Assembly: GCA_011109175.1 (NCBI GenBank)
Contig: RDEW01000019.1
Coordinates: forward strand, 650,482-683,481
DNA length: 33,000 nt
From: Dicyema japonicum
Taxonomy: Eukaryota; Animalia; Dicyemida
Direction of reading: 5' to 3'
Made by a program: the position numbers and the translations under genes. How positions within the stretch are numbered: position 1 is the stretch's first letter; each line of letters begins with the position of its first letter. Under the pieces are notes generated by a model. That model did not search any database. It was given only the letters and a program-made list of their open reading frames with translations, and was not told the origin of the DNA. Shown here piece after piece: positions 12,338 through 22,925 of the stretch.

Positions 12338-13700
12338 TTTTTTTTTTTTTTGAAAATATACACCCCACTTTATTTAACAAACAATAAAAAAGTTAATATA
12401 TTTATTAATCAACAACCTTCCTCGCCTGGTTGTTCGCCAGCCTCCTCAGGCAGGTTCGATTCTGGTTGCTGAAACAACTCCGAGAGCGCATTGTCAAATT
12501 GAACCCTCTGCCCATATGTCATCTCAGGGCTCTGCCTCCTATACTCCAGTGTCAGGCTCTCTAGGGTCCGCTTTAACAGTGGACTGTAGATAGGCCTGGA
12601 GCTTCCTATCTACCCCCAACTGCTTCAGATAACCCTTGTGGTACTTTGTTGCAATTCCTTCCCACGTCATTACTATAGGAATAACGAGGACTTTGCAACC
12701 AAGCATCTGCCCCATCTTGTTTGCAAGAAAGTCATACTTCCTTTTTTTCTCCACCTCCACAGTCTGCAAACGGTCTTGAGACGTGATGCCAACCTCTATG
12801 ATAAGGACTTGGCCAGACTCCTTATCGTGTACCACAATGTCCGGTTTATTGTGCTTGACTAGCACCGAGGTACGGATAACACTGTCTACCTTAATTTGGA
12901 CCCTGGTGTTCTCTACTACAGATTGCACCTTATGAGTCCGCAACTTTCTGGTGTGGCGAATACCATACTTATTGCATAGTAGAAGATGAAGACTCCTTAC
13001 TACCTCGTTGTGCCTCCACACATAGTCGTGGCAGAGCATGGATCCACATCGAGTGGCTAAATGATCAACCGACATGCTCCTTGACTTACAGTGGGGACAT
13101 GTATTTGTTGATCGACCCCAAAAAATATTGCGGTCTTGCATATACGTGTACAACGCCTCCGATCGAGGTGAGTTGTCACCGTATTTTAGCCATATTGTCG
13201 ACGACTTAAGGTCGACATGTGGGTTGTCCAATGCTCTGAAGAGGACCTTATGAAGGCTTTTTAAGTTGATCTTTTCCATCAAATTATTATATTGTAATTC
13301 GATCAACGCCTTCACATTTACTAGCCCACCATCATCAACACCATACTTAGCAGACAAAAAAGGTCTGATAGTGCCTAGGTGGGTTGCCCGTGTTTTCTCG
13401 GTCGTTATTATGGCGTGCTTCCTAGCAGACACACTTGACCCAGCTATCAGGGTGTCGTGCATTCGCATTAGGATGCGCTCACTTAGTTGGACTACTCCAC
13501 ACAGTCCACGGCCGAATTTATCACGGGGTAAATATAGTCTCTCCTTATTGGCTGCCAACACATGGACATGGTTCTCTCTGAGTACTCCACGGATCATAAC
13601 ATCCATCTCATCATACTCTTTGGGCTCAAACTCCACAACACCTATGTAGTAGTTTAGCAGCGAGACAGCATACTCATTTAATGCTAGGAACAAGCCACGT
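12338..13700 (-). mobile_element. 5'-truncated R4/Dong-like non-LTR retrotransposon (RT C-terminus, CCHC knuckle, RLE)
   Basis: 384-aa open frame: ERLYLPRDKFGRGL, CPHCK..HLATRC, RHNEV, KPDIVV, IIEVGIT, KKRKY; frameshift near 12575 continuing LKRTLESLTLEYRR; poly(A) tail at ~12338-12352. Confidence 0.9.
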
Positions 13701-13724
13701 TAAACTAGCCGTATTTTATAATTC

Positions 13725-14070
13725 GTCATTGTGGCCCGAAAAATATGGTAAGGACGCTGCTCGGATTAAATTGGCAAAAGAAAATAGACAACAATGCTTT
13801 TATAATATTTGCTCCAATGGTCTTTTGACTCTCGAGGTCACTGATTTGAGATGAAGGCTCTTCGTCATATATTAGATTGGAAATTATACCTGCTAATATA
13901 GCGATGGAGGAGTACTTCATTTGGGACGGGATCACGTTTCTATTGACGCCCACAAGTTACACTTCCTGTGCATCTAAAAAATGAAATGTGGAGAACTTTT
14001 GGAAGACTAAGATAAGTAGCACACGATCGTGGAAGGTAGAATAGTTTAGTTAGCTTGATTATTTCTAACG
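13725..14070 (+). mobile_element. decayed RTE-like LINE 3' fragment
   Basis: MVRTLLGLNWQKKIDNNAF and (frameshifted) LRHIL..IPANIAMEEYF parallel the 20.6-20.9 kb element; TTAGTTAG tail motif. Confidence 0.55.
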
Positions 14071-14567
14071 CCGCACAGGTAAAACTATAGCTATTATGGT
14101 TTTACCTATGTTGCTTGCTTATGGCCAACAAAAAGTAATATGTCACAGGTACTACAGACTCAGTGGATTTAGAAAAAAATCAAAAAAAATTTAATTTTTT
14201 TATCAAATTAATCGAACATTAGGTAACGCTTAGCGCAGCGACATAGTTTATCTCAGAATTTTCGAATTATTTAATTTTATTTTCTTGTATACATAGACTT
14301 TCCGAAATGACTATTTTGATGTTTTCTCGTTGTTTCTCTGATTCTTATTTCGATATTTAACACTACCTTACATTCTAATGTATAAATAAATAGTTGTGTA
14401 CAGCTCAATATGCTGACTATATTCACTCGTTATCGGATCCATTAAGTGGTAACGGTAATTTACCCTTAAATGACCATACATAGATAATTTGTAGATGTTA
14501 AAATTAATAATATTTTTATTAATTTTAAACTCGCTAAAAATGGGTATTGGCTAATTTATATAAATTA

Positions 14568-14725
14568 ATGGCCATGTGGTTTCATGTGGAGCCATGTGGC
14601 TACTTGATTAAAGATTTTATTCTTTCCCTCTAGTGGCGTCTTGGGTGAAAGTTCTGCTGGAGCGCGTCAGGATCAAGGATTTAGTTAGTTTGGTTTTACC
14701 TTTGGTTTTTGCAATTAAAATTATT
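14568..14725 (+). repeat. family B copy with internal deletion of most of the core
   Basis: CATGTGG x3 head, pyrimidine tract-TAG-TGGCGTC, then GTGAAAGTTCTG..CTGGAGCG..GATCAAGGA..TTAGTTAGTTTGGTT..TTGGTTTTTG tail. Confidence 0.7.
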
Positions 14726-14865
14726 TAAATAATTAATAAGTACTAAAAACCATGCCAATTTTTGATTAATTTTAATAAAAAGTAAAAAATTTATTAAATT
14801 GTATGATATTTTTAAATCGGCAAATCGTCAAAAATAATAAATTAATTTAACTTATTTCATCGGTC

Positions 14866-15647
14866 ATGCGTCTTGGTGAGGAGTTCCCTAATTTCAATAT
14901 GAAAACTACTTCAGGAGATGTCAACTTGTACGAATTTATTGGTGACAGGTTGACATTAATAACTAAGATTAGTTGGTGTCTGTTTTTTTCACATCCACGT
15001 GATTTCACTCCGGTTTGTACTACAGAATTGGCTCGATTTGCTCAGAAACATGACGAATTTATTGATAGAAATGTGAAGCTCATCGGACTTTCTTGTGATA
15101 CGGTGGAAAGCCACTTGGATTGGGAAAAAGTTTTCAACTATGAAATTGGGCTAGGATGTTATAGCTACAGGGAACTTGTCTTGCAAAACTCTTCCATTCC
15201 CAATTATTGATGACTCTGACAGAAAGATCGTAGATACCTTGAAGATTTTGGATCCCAATGAAGTCGATTCTAAAAGAACACTCTTCCAGCACGTGCAGTA
15301 AGTTTCAATTTTTATTCTTTATAGGTTTATTTGATTGATAAATGCAAAAAGATGAGGCTTAGCATTCTGTACCCGGCGACCACTGGTAGGAATGTCGAGT
15401 TTACGCTTGTTTATATTTTCAAGGGAACTGTTGAGGGTCGTTGACTCTGTGATTTTGACGGAATCTCAGGCTCTGGCTACTCCAGTTGACTGGAAGGTGA
15501 CATTTTGCGAATATTTTATAGAAAGGAGAGGATTGCATTATCGTTCCTTCTTTGAGTGAAGAAGAAGCTAATAAGCGGTTTGCTAATATCCGAACTCAAC
15601 CATTGCCCTCTGGAAAATCCTATCTGCGCTACGTACAGAACAAATAG
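14866..15647 (+). CDS. PRDX6: 1-Cys peroxiredoxin 6, 6 exons; one apparent 1-nt deficit at ~15272-15283
   Basis: FSHPRDFTPVCTTEL, LPFPIIDD, SILYPATTGRN, ATPVDWK, LPSGKSYLRY; introns 14949-14972, 15130-15154, 15298-15324, 15399-15423, 15497-15521. Confidence 0.95.
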
Positions 15648-15825
15648 TCTTTATTGATTTTGTCTCGTTATATTAATGTTACTAACATTTTTTGTTTCGA
15701 TTTTTATTTCTTTGATTTTGAATGCAAAAAGTGCTCTTTGTACTTTCAAATCGACATTAATAGGTTAAAGTTACTTTGAGTAGTTTAAATCGATAATCCC
15801 AGCATAGCTAACAGTAAGAATGTGG

Positions 15826-16110
15826 TCATTGGGAAACGAGCCACCGTGACAGATGGCATTGTGAAGTCCTCCACTTTCGCGTCGAGTCTTGGTACTCGAG
15901 GATGAGCAATAAAATCTTGAGCTTCTCTTCCACCAAAAGATAGGCTATGTCTACATCGTAGGCGTGCAAGTCGGGGATTCTTAGATCAAACTCTCTAACG
16001 TTTTTTAGCTTCAGTGGATTATGATAGCAAAAAGGAGAAGAGGGATGGTTGATTGAGCGCATTTCCACACAAATCGTATGAGGAAATGGTTTCTCAATCA
16101 CGAGAGTCGC
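15826..16110 (-). mobile_element. possible RLE-type non-LTR fragment
   Basis: VIEKPF...LRIPDL..DVDIAY resembles the restriction-like endonuclease E..PD..D pattern. Confidence 0.3.
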
Positions 16111-16399
16111 TACCGAGCAAATATAGTTTTGTTCATTATTTTTCTAAACTCTTCTTTGCACTGGAACATTGTGTTTGAGTAAGGATACTTTCATCTTTCA
16201 AGAAATGATGATAACGATCAAGTGTTCCGTCAGGAATAATTCTTTTATGTCGTCCTTAAAGGGATGTTTTCAACTTTTTTATCGTATTTCAACAGAATAT
16301 AAAGAGTTACTACAGTCAATTCATTTAGTTTGTCAATTCATATAGAATATAAGGAGATTTTTTGCGAAGGTCAATTCTCGTCACAGATCCCACCCGTGA

Positions 16400-16705
16400 G
16401 GCGACGAGTCTTTCTGAACGACATAGTTTTTAGAAGGAATCTTACTACCATCTATCTGCCATTATGAAAATTCTTTCGCCTAAGAATTAAGTCGCTACGC
16501 TAGTACGTGTGATGAAAATGGAGGAGGGAAAACCTACTTCTCCACGTCTCTTCGGAAGCCTGTAATGGACTATTGGAGGATGGAATTGATCGATATAAGC
16601 GTACGTTCTCCCTTAGTTTCCTTTCTTGGATTAATTAGTTGTGACTGTTTGTGCTTGGCTTACCATAGATTTTAAGCCTGGGGTTAATCAATAAATAAAA
16701 TAAGG
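16400..16705 (+). repeat. family A (RTE-like 3' end), second copy
   Basis: aligns with 8030-8218; ends CCTGGGGTTAATCAATAAATAAAATAA. Confidence 0.75.
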
Positions 16706-17600
16706 AGATGCAAGGTTATAAAATAGACATTTGAGCAAAAGAGTCATATCACCAGTTGCATCATTATCTGGCATGCTCACTGATATTCTAACTAACCTGA
16801 TTAATTATGAGTCAGTGATTATTCAAAATGATTATTTAACAAATTTAGTCAAAAAATTAAACTAGGTTTCAGAATCATCTGTTTTTTAATTAATACTGCG
16901 CAACTTGAAACATTTCTACTATAACGACGACGAAAAGTTCTATGAGAGGCTAACCTTGCAAACAACCTAATATACAAAATCCTTTTTAGATACCGTGAAA
17001 ACTTAAAAAATATGAACTTATTCCATGTCCAATAAGAAGGCAATTTTTAAGAGAAATTCTTTGGGTTAATGACCATATTAATAAGTAAATTAACCTAATG
17101 TCCAGTTAGCCAAGTGGTTAGTTAGTCGAAGGTTGAGGTGGTGGCGTACCTTTATTGCACAAGATGTCTATTAATTTCATAGAGGATAAAAGGCCTTTTC
17201 TTCCTTCTTCCCGTGAGCATAGACTAGAACTCCACGTCAGAACAAATAAGTATAGAATGCGCATATGATCTGGGTCCGAATCTCACCAAGACCAAAATTG
17301 GCTGAAACTGCCTGGATGGATGATTCTTGCATTTTGCTTAATAACCTTATGGTTGAAATACAAAATCAATAATCCATGGCCATATAATTTTGTGGGGACC
17401 AGTATGTCTCGATGACTTCAGAATTCACTAAAAGTTGTTGTTCAAGATCCCCTTCTCCTACAAAAAATCCTTCAAGTAGCTATTTAAGCATTGGCATGTT
17501 GAAAAAACCATAATTAAAGAAAATTCAAAAAAAATAATTTCGCGCTAAATTTTTTAATAAATAAAAGTAAAATAAAGAAAAATATAAATTTAAATGGCGG

Positions 17601-17965
17601 TCAATTATCTGTCTGCCTTAAAAATGACTCAAGAAGTAATAAATCAATGCCTCTTTCACAAATGGGGCATGTAAAAGATTTAGTGAACCAGCAAGTGAGG
17701 CAGTCCTTGTGGTAAACATGAAGACATGGTAGATGCCGTATGATGTCATTGACGGCATAGTCGGACATACAAATAACGCAACTATTTTATGTATAAAAGC
17801 GTACTTTTGAGTTTTGAATTGTTGAGGATCTACAACGGTAGTTAATTGTAAAAAATTCGATAAATAATGCTTCCTTTCTGCGACTGTGACATGTTTATTT
17901 GAATTATTTCGAAGAAACTATATTCGAATATAAAAATGCTCACATACCTTCACTTTGCATTCCAT
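17601..17965 (-). CDS. RNF11: RING-H2 E3 ligase, RNF11-like, 3 exons; absent from the ORF track
   Basis: CVICMSDYAVNDIIRHLPCLHVYHKDCLTCWFTKSFTCPICERGIDLLLLESF matches the RNF11 RING and DxxLL tail; introns of 30 and 23 nt. Confidence 0.85.
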
Positions 17966-18049
17966 ATTTAAATTTTATAAAATTAAAATAATTATCATTA
18001 TAAATTATTATTATTATTAAAAACCAAAAAAAAACACCGACAAATTAAA

Positions 18050-18730
18050 TAACTACATAGTTATCAGGTGATTCTCGGCTTCTCGGGTTCCAACGCAATT
18101 CCGAATTGGGCGGGGGTATCTAACTTTTTTGGAGAATAGTAAGGCTCCGGTTTTACTCACTAGTTCCTTAAAAGGTGTAGGGTTTAGAGGTGTCCAAGAA
18201 AACCTTTGCAAAGCCTTACTGGCCATTTTTTGGAAGGTATTGATTTTTCTATATTCCTGTTTGATAGGTTGGTTCCCCATGTAGCACACCCGTAAGTTAG
18301 AGACGGTTGAAATATCCACTGCACGTAGAGCGAGTCCAAATTTGATTGAAAACACCCCTATACTTGTCCAAGGTGTTTTTTATCAAAATTTAGCTTTCGT
18401 TGTGCCGAAGAGATACGTCGTCGATGTGTTTGCTGAAGGTCAAGAGTGGGTCATAGTTACGCCCAGTATCTTGACCGAGTTGGTCGTGGGATGAGTTTCC
18501 ATTTATGGTTACACATGTAGCGGAGTTTGTCAATCTTCTGTTTGTTGTGAAAATGTGTTGTACAAGACTTTTCGGACTTGTATGTAGAATGTTTCTCTAA
18601 CGAGCCAACAGTTCAGATCGTTCCAATGAAGCTTGTATCCGGTAAACACCAGTATTAACCACTGCTTCTTTGACTGTGATGATTATATCATCTGCATATG
18701 TCAGAACCAGAGTATCGTCATTGGTAAGGA
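18050..18730 (-). mobile_element. decayed LINE RT (I/Jockey-group-like)
   Basis: LTYADDIII and KILGVT..LTFSKHIDDV motifs, multiple disablements. Confidence 0.7.
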
Positions 18731-18774
18731 AAATAAATCAAATAACAAATTATCACAACTAAAATAATTTAATT

Positions 18775-19092
18775 TATATTTTTATTTATTAACCCCGGAT
18801 ACACCGAGAAAGAAGTTAAAGTAAATAACTAATTAAGTGTATCCAGTTTCCACTTCTACAGAAACAGAGTCCATCCGGAATCAGTATAAAGGATAAGACG
18901 TCCATTACATGCAGTTGTGAAAACCCCTCCAGTGGAGTGGGGAAGAGCAAATGATCCTTTTTCATGCCGGCCTGGCACTGGGCGTCACCTAGACAGGTGG
19001 ATCACATGACGCCACTCTATTAGGAAGAGAGAGAGGAGAACAGACAAGCAAGCAGAAAATTTAAAACAATTAACCACGCAGCACCACATTAA
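18775..19092 (-). repeat. SINE-like family C copy with the best-preserved pseudoknot core (18951-19014)
   Basis: collinear with 28235-28555 over ~300 nt; tail CCGGGGTTAATAAATAAAA. Confidence 0.85.
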
Positions 19093-19399
19093 ACAAATGT
19101 CAGTTGAGGAAGCCTGCTGCGTGGATTGCGAACGAGTTCCCACTGAGTATGGCCATTCCAATCTTTTGTCCTAAGACATAACCCTTCTCGTTGATCCCTT
19201 TTCTTTCTGGCAAGCATCCTCCGAGTTCTTGCAAGAACTCAGCCGTCATTGGATCAACGGCTCCCGATGATTCGGTCATGATTCGGTCATTGTTTTAAAT
19301 ATTCAAAATGTAATTTAATTAAATAAATAAACTGGAAGTATTTAGCATAACTGTTATTTGACGACAACATAGAGGGTAGCTACTCGGCCAAACATCCCC

Positions 19400-20480
19400 C
19401 ACTATGAAGCCATGAACAAATACCTTAAAAATCATCCTAGATATGAGATACCCACATTTCCTTTTTTGGTGAGCCATCTAGGATTTTCGTCCACGTCGGA
19501 TAGGACCTCCCCTGTGTCGGTTTCGGGTCACTTAGTTAGTTGGGAACTTTCTCTCTTTAGCTCTTAACCCGTTGATCATGGGGTAATCTATATACTTATT
19601 AAAGCTCAATGTTGTATTTTTATGTCCGGCGTCTCCGAAATTCTTTTAACATAAGAAGGATGGGATTATGGTCGCTGGAAAAACCATAATTCACATCCTA
19701 TGTTAGGATTCCTGCTAAAGAGGGTGAACATAAGGTTAAATGAGAAGTGCAGCTATCAGTGCTCTTTAAAGGGGTTCTTGTGTGTAATTTAGGGTCATTC
19801 AGGATAATCATATCAATGTGACTATTTGGGATGACCTCTCCTCGGCTGTGAGAGGACTGTGAAGCTAGCCAAACGGGGTGTCGGGGATTTAGGATGCCGC
19901 AAATTCTTTAGTACTGAGAGGCGGGTATATATGGGGTGTAGGATTTTGGGCAGGATCCTTGTGGTGGAATATATAAGTTAATCAGATTGATCCAAAAAGA
20001 CGGGTAAAGCTCCATCTTGATGGTGATCTGCTCGATGGTATCGTCTGAGTTCAAAAGTTCTGAGATCCGTCGACTCACGTCAATGAAAGGTATACCGTTC
20101 TTTATAATTGCGAGTAGTCCTCCACCTGGTCTTCTCTGACGGTCCTTGCGGATTGCTGTGCATCCAGGGAAAGAAGGTGTTAGTGTGGAGGATGAGAGCT
20201 TGGATTCCTCGATGAGAGAAAGGTCAGCTCGATTTGCGGAGAGGATAGCTCCAAGTTCTAGAATCTTCCTTCTAATTCCATTTGTATTTAGTTGCGGAAT
20301 TATAATTCTCCGTGTGGACGAGGGTTTATTTCAAATCAAAAATCCAGAACAATGATGACACAAGACGGAGGCGAAGGCACATAAGTTACGGAAATCCCCA
20401 AGTGGTGGGGAGAAGTTAATGGCTTTTCCCGCTCCTTTCCGGAATGGGTGACACCTTATCGGGAATAAGCACACGCAAAA
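19400..20480 (-). mobile_element. decayed APE-type LINE 5' region, with leader
   Basis: IIIPQLNTNGIRRKILEL (APE start), DRQRRPGGGLLAII, SADHH; the leader at 20380-20480 resembles the family C core. Confidence 0.6.
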
Positions 20481-20499
20481 CAACGTTAGTAAAGTTATC

Positions 20500-21070
20500 T
20501 CGCTTGTGCCACCCTCTCCTGGATGCGTTTTGTTAATCGCTTCCAGTTCCTACTGTTCCCTCGATAGGTGCTCAGATCATCTGCCGACGTCAACCCTTTC
20601 CCAATCGAAGTTAGGTCTTGATGTAGAAGGGTTGGTAGAGTAATTCGGGGTCTACCCGGAAAATCGATCCCGGATGAGGAGTATAGTGGTGTTCCATCGC
20701 GAGATTAGCCGGAGTATTCTTGTCCATTCTTAGGATGTGACCAAATAGGTCCCATCTGTTACTTCTTATTTCTCCATCCAATGGATAGATATTGTAATGG
20801 GAATAGGGGTATTTGTTTGAGGTGTGCATTGGCCAGGAAATTCTTAGAATGTATCTGAGCTGCATTCTATGAAAGGAGATCAGACTTTCCATTTCAGGCG
20901 TTGTGTGTTCCCAGGTAGAAGAGTTGTACAGTAAAACCGGTTTTACGAACATATTGTATAATTTGATTTTTAAAGAGGTTCACCTCGTAACCATACGTTG
21001 TTTAGTCTTTTAAGAGCGAAAGTTGCTAGTGATTTTCCTCGTAGTATGTCTTCTGTATTTCCTAGGAGAA
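20500..21070 (-). mobile_element. RTE-like LINE 3' fragment
   Basis: FVKPVLLYNSSTW, FHRMQLRYILRISWP, RWDLFGHILRMDKNTPA. Confidence 0.8.
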
Positions 21071-21071
21071 T

Positions 21072-21365
21072 TTATTTATTTATTTAACAACCAAGACCAC
21101 AGTAAAACCAAACTAACTATCACGTGATCCCGATGCTTTCCACCAAAATCCTCATCCTTTCCCGGTGCTCCTCCCTCGTGCCCACATAAGCTCGTACTGG
21201 GCGGCTGACTATATTTGCAGGGCCACCTTCCCGCATGCCGGAGTTTAGTTTGATGAGGGGCTCCAGAGTAGTCAGTCCGGTTCTGTGTCTCCCACAACTC
21301 CACCGCTCCGTGACTCTGAAAGCTTTTTTTTGTACAGAGAATGCCACGTTAAGCACATGGTTTAA
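21072..21365 (-). repeat. SINE-like family D: structured body with B-type tail and ACGTGG head
   Basis: head CCATGTGCTTAACGTGGC; tail TAGTTAGTTTGGTTTTAC..(TAAA)n; several perfect inverted repeats. Confidence 0.6.
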
Positions 21366-21494
21366 TAATAATCACGCTTCAATTATAAATAGATTTATTA
21401 TTTTATTTTTTATTAAAAATTTGTTTTATAACATGGCAAACCTTTTAATACAATATTATATTATTATTCGGTCTAGTCATTTAATTATTGTATC

Positions 21495-21780
21495 ATTAAA
21501 TAGTGTTGACCTGTTATCCAACGTATAATATATATTTTGATAAAAATATGGATTATTCTCAACTATGTGATTTTTCGTTACTTATTGTCCACTTTTTTTC
21601 AATCAGAATTTGAATTGTGAAATTTATTTCTTTAGATCTATCAACAATATTATATTATTGATCTTCAAATAATGTTGATGTTTTATCAAAATGTCTAATA
21701 TATATTTTGGTGACCTAAAAAATATTGATTATTCAACAATATTTGATTTTCTATGCTTATTGTTGTCAGACTTTGAAATT
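21495..21780. repeat. degenerate AT-rich tandem duplication (~170-nt period)
   Basis: AATAGTGTTGA..TTATC..TAATATA..AAAATAT.GATTATTC..TGATTTT..CTTATTGT occurs twice. Confidence 0.5.
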
Positions 21781-21929
21781 ATAAAAAAAAATTATTGTAT
21801 AATTTTTTCTATCATATTTTTTGAAATTTTATTGTATTTTTGAAAAATTATCACGATTCAAACAGTAGGTGGTTGAACATTTATCGAACATTTTTTATGA
21901 ATGTTTTCGTGGATACTATCTTCCTTGAA

Positions 21930-22925
21930 ACGGAGTGTGGTTATTAACTGAGTGTAACAGGCTTATTACTCAGACTTTACAAATTATACCGAGAATGAAA
22001 AGATAGAAATAACCCACGTGGTTGTTTGAGAACGTGACGATCTTTTTGGATAGTATATTCATTTTCAGATATACAGAATAGGAGATCAATCCCACGATGT
22101 GCTATACTTTTATCGACGTTTAGATGATTTCTTGGAAATTTCTTTGGATAACTTCGATTTACTGTCTATGTAATTAAAATTGAAATTATTTCCAAAGACC
22201 AAGGGAAACCTAACTAACTCCTCGATCCTGACTCGTTCCAGCATTCCAGAACTTGTCACCAGGTAACGACGTTGTCCCCGGGGAAGAATTGTTGGATCCT
22301 CATGATGCCGGCCAGACATTGGGCGCCTCCTCAGTAAGGTGGATCCAGTTACGCCATCGGAAGGAAAGCAATACAACTATCCACGTAGCACTACATGGCG
22401 CCACGTGATAATATAAACTGTCTATGTAATAATTCAGGTGGATGCAATTTGATATCTCTATTGGAGATACCCCATGTACTGCTTCTTCTATTATGTTATT
22501 ACAAATTAATCAATACTTAAGTTTATGAACAATTTTGTGCATTTTTATATAAATCATTTTTTTACTAATAGAGATTAGTCTTAGGTAATAATAATTATTG
22601 TGTGTAAACGTATTTCATAAAAGATTTACACCAATTTTTGTTGGCATACCATAATTTTTGACAATAAAATCAAAAAAATAACCGACTAGTCACGTTGTCC
22701 TGATGACTAACAAAGTTATCACATAAAATACTGACATACGATAAAAAAACATTGGTGCTTTCGGAAAAACCTGTGTTTCAACATGGTCAACTCTACGTTG
22801 CTTTGAGCAGGGGAAAATTTAAAGAGAATGTGAGATACATTAATTATGCTTTATTTTAGGTAAAACTCGTGGAGGATACAACCGGTAAAACGAAAAACAT
22901 TTTTTAGAAGGTGTTCTCAGATAGT
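21930..22925 (+). mobile_element. Helitron Pif1-helicase remnant, interrupted by a family B element
   Basis: EKPVFQHGQLYVALSRG at ~22763-22815 followed after a 30-nt intron by VKLVED..TKNI; upstream parts barely recognisable, so the left boundary is approximate. Confidence 0.65.
22175..22416 (-). mobile_element. family B full-length copy with 14-bp TSD
   Basis: ACTGTCTATGTAAT at 22161-22174 and 22417-22430; head CACGTGGCGCCATGTAGTGCTACGTGGATAG. Confidence 0.9.

Noticed and set aside
22699-22730. CTGATGA followed by a small stem (hammerhead-like)
   Set aside because: No GAAA core or stems I/III; lies within the Helitron remnant
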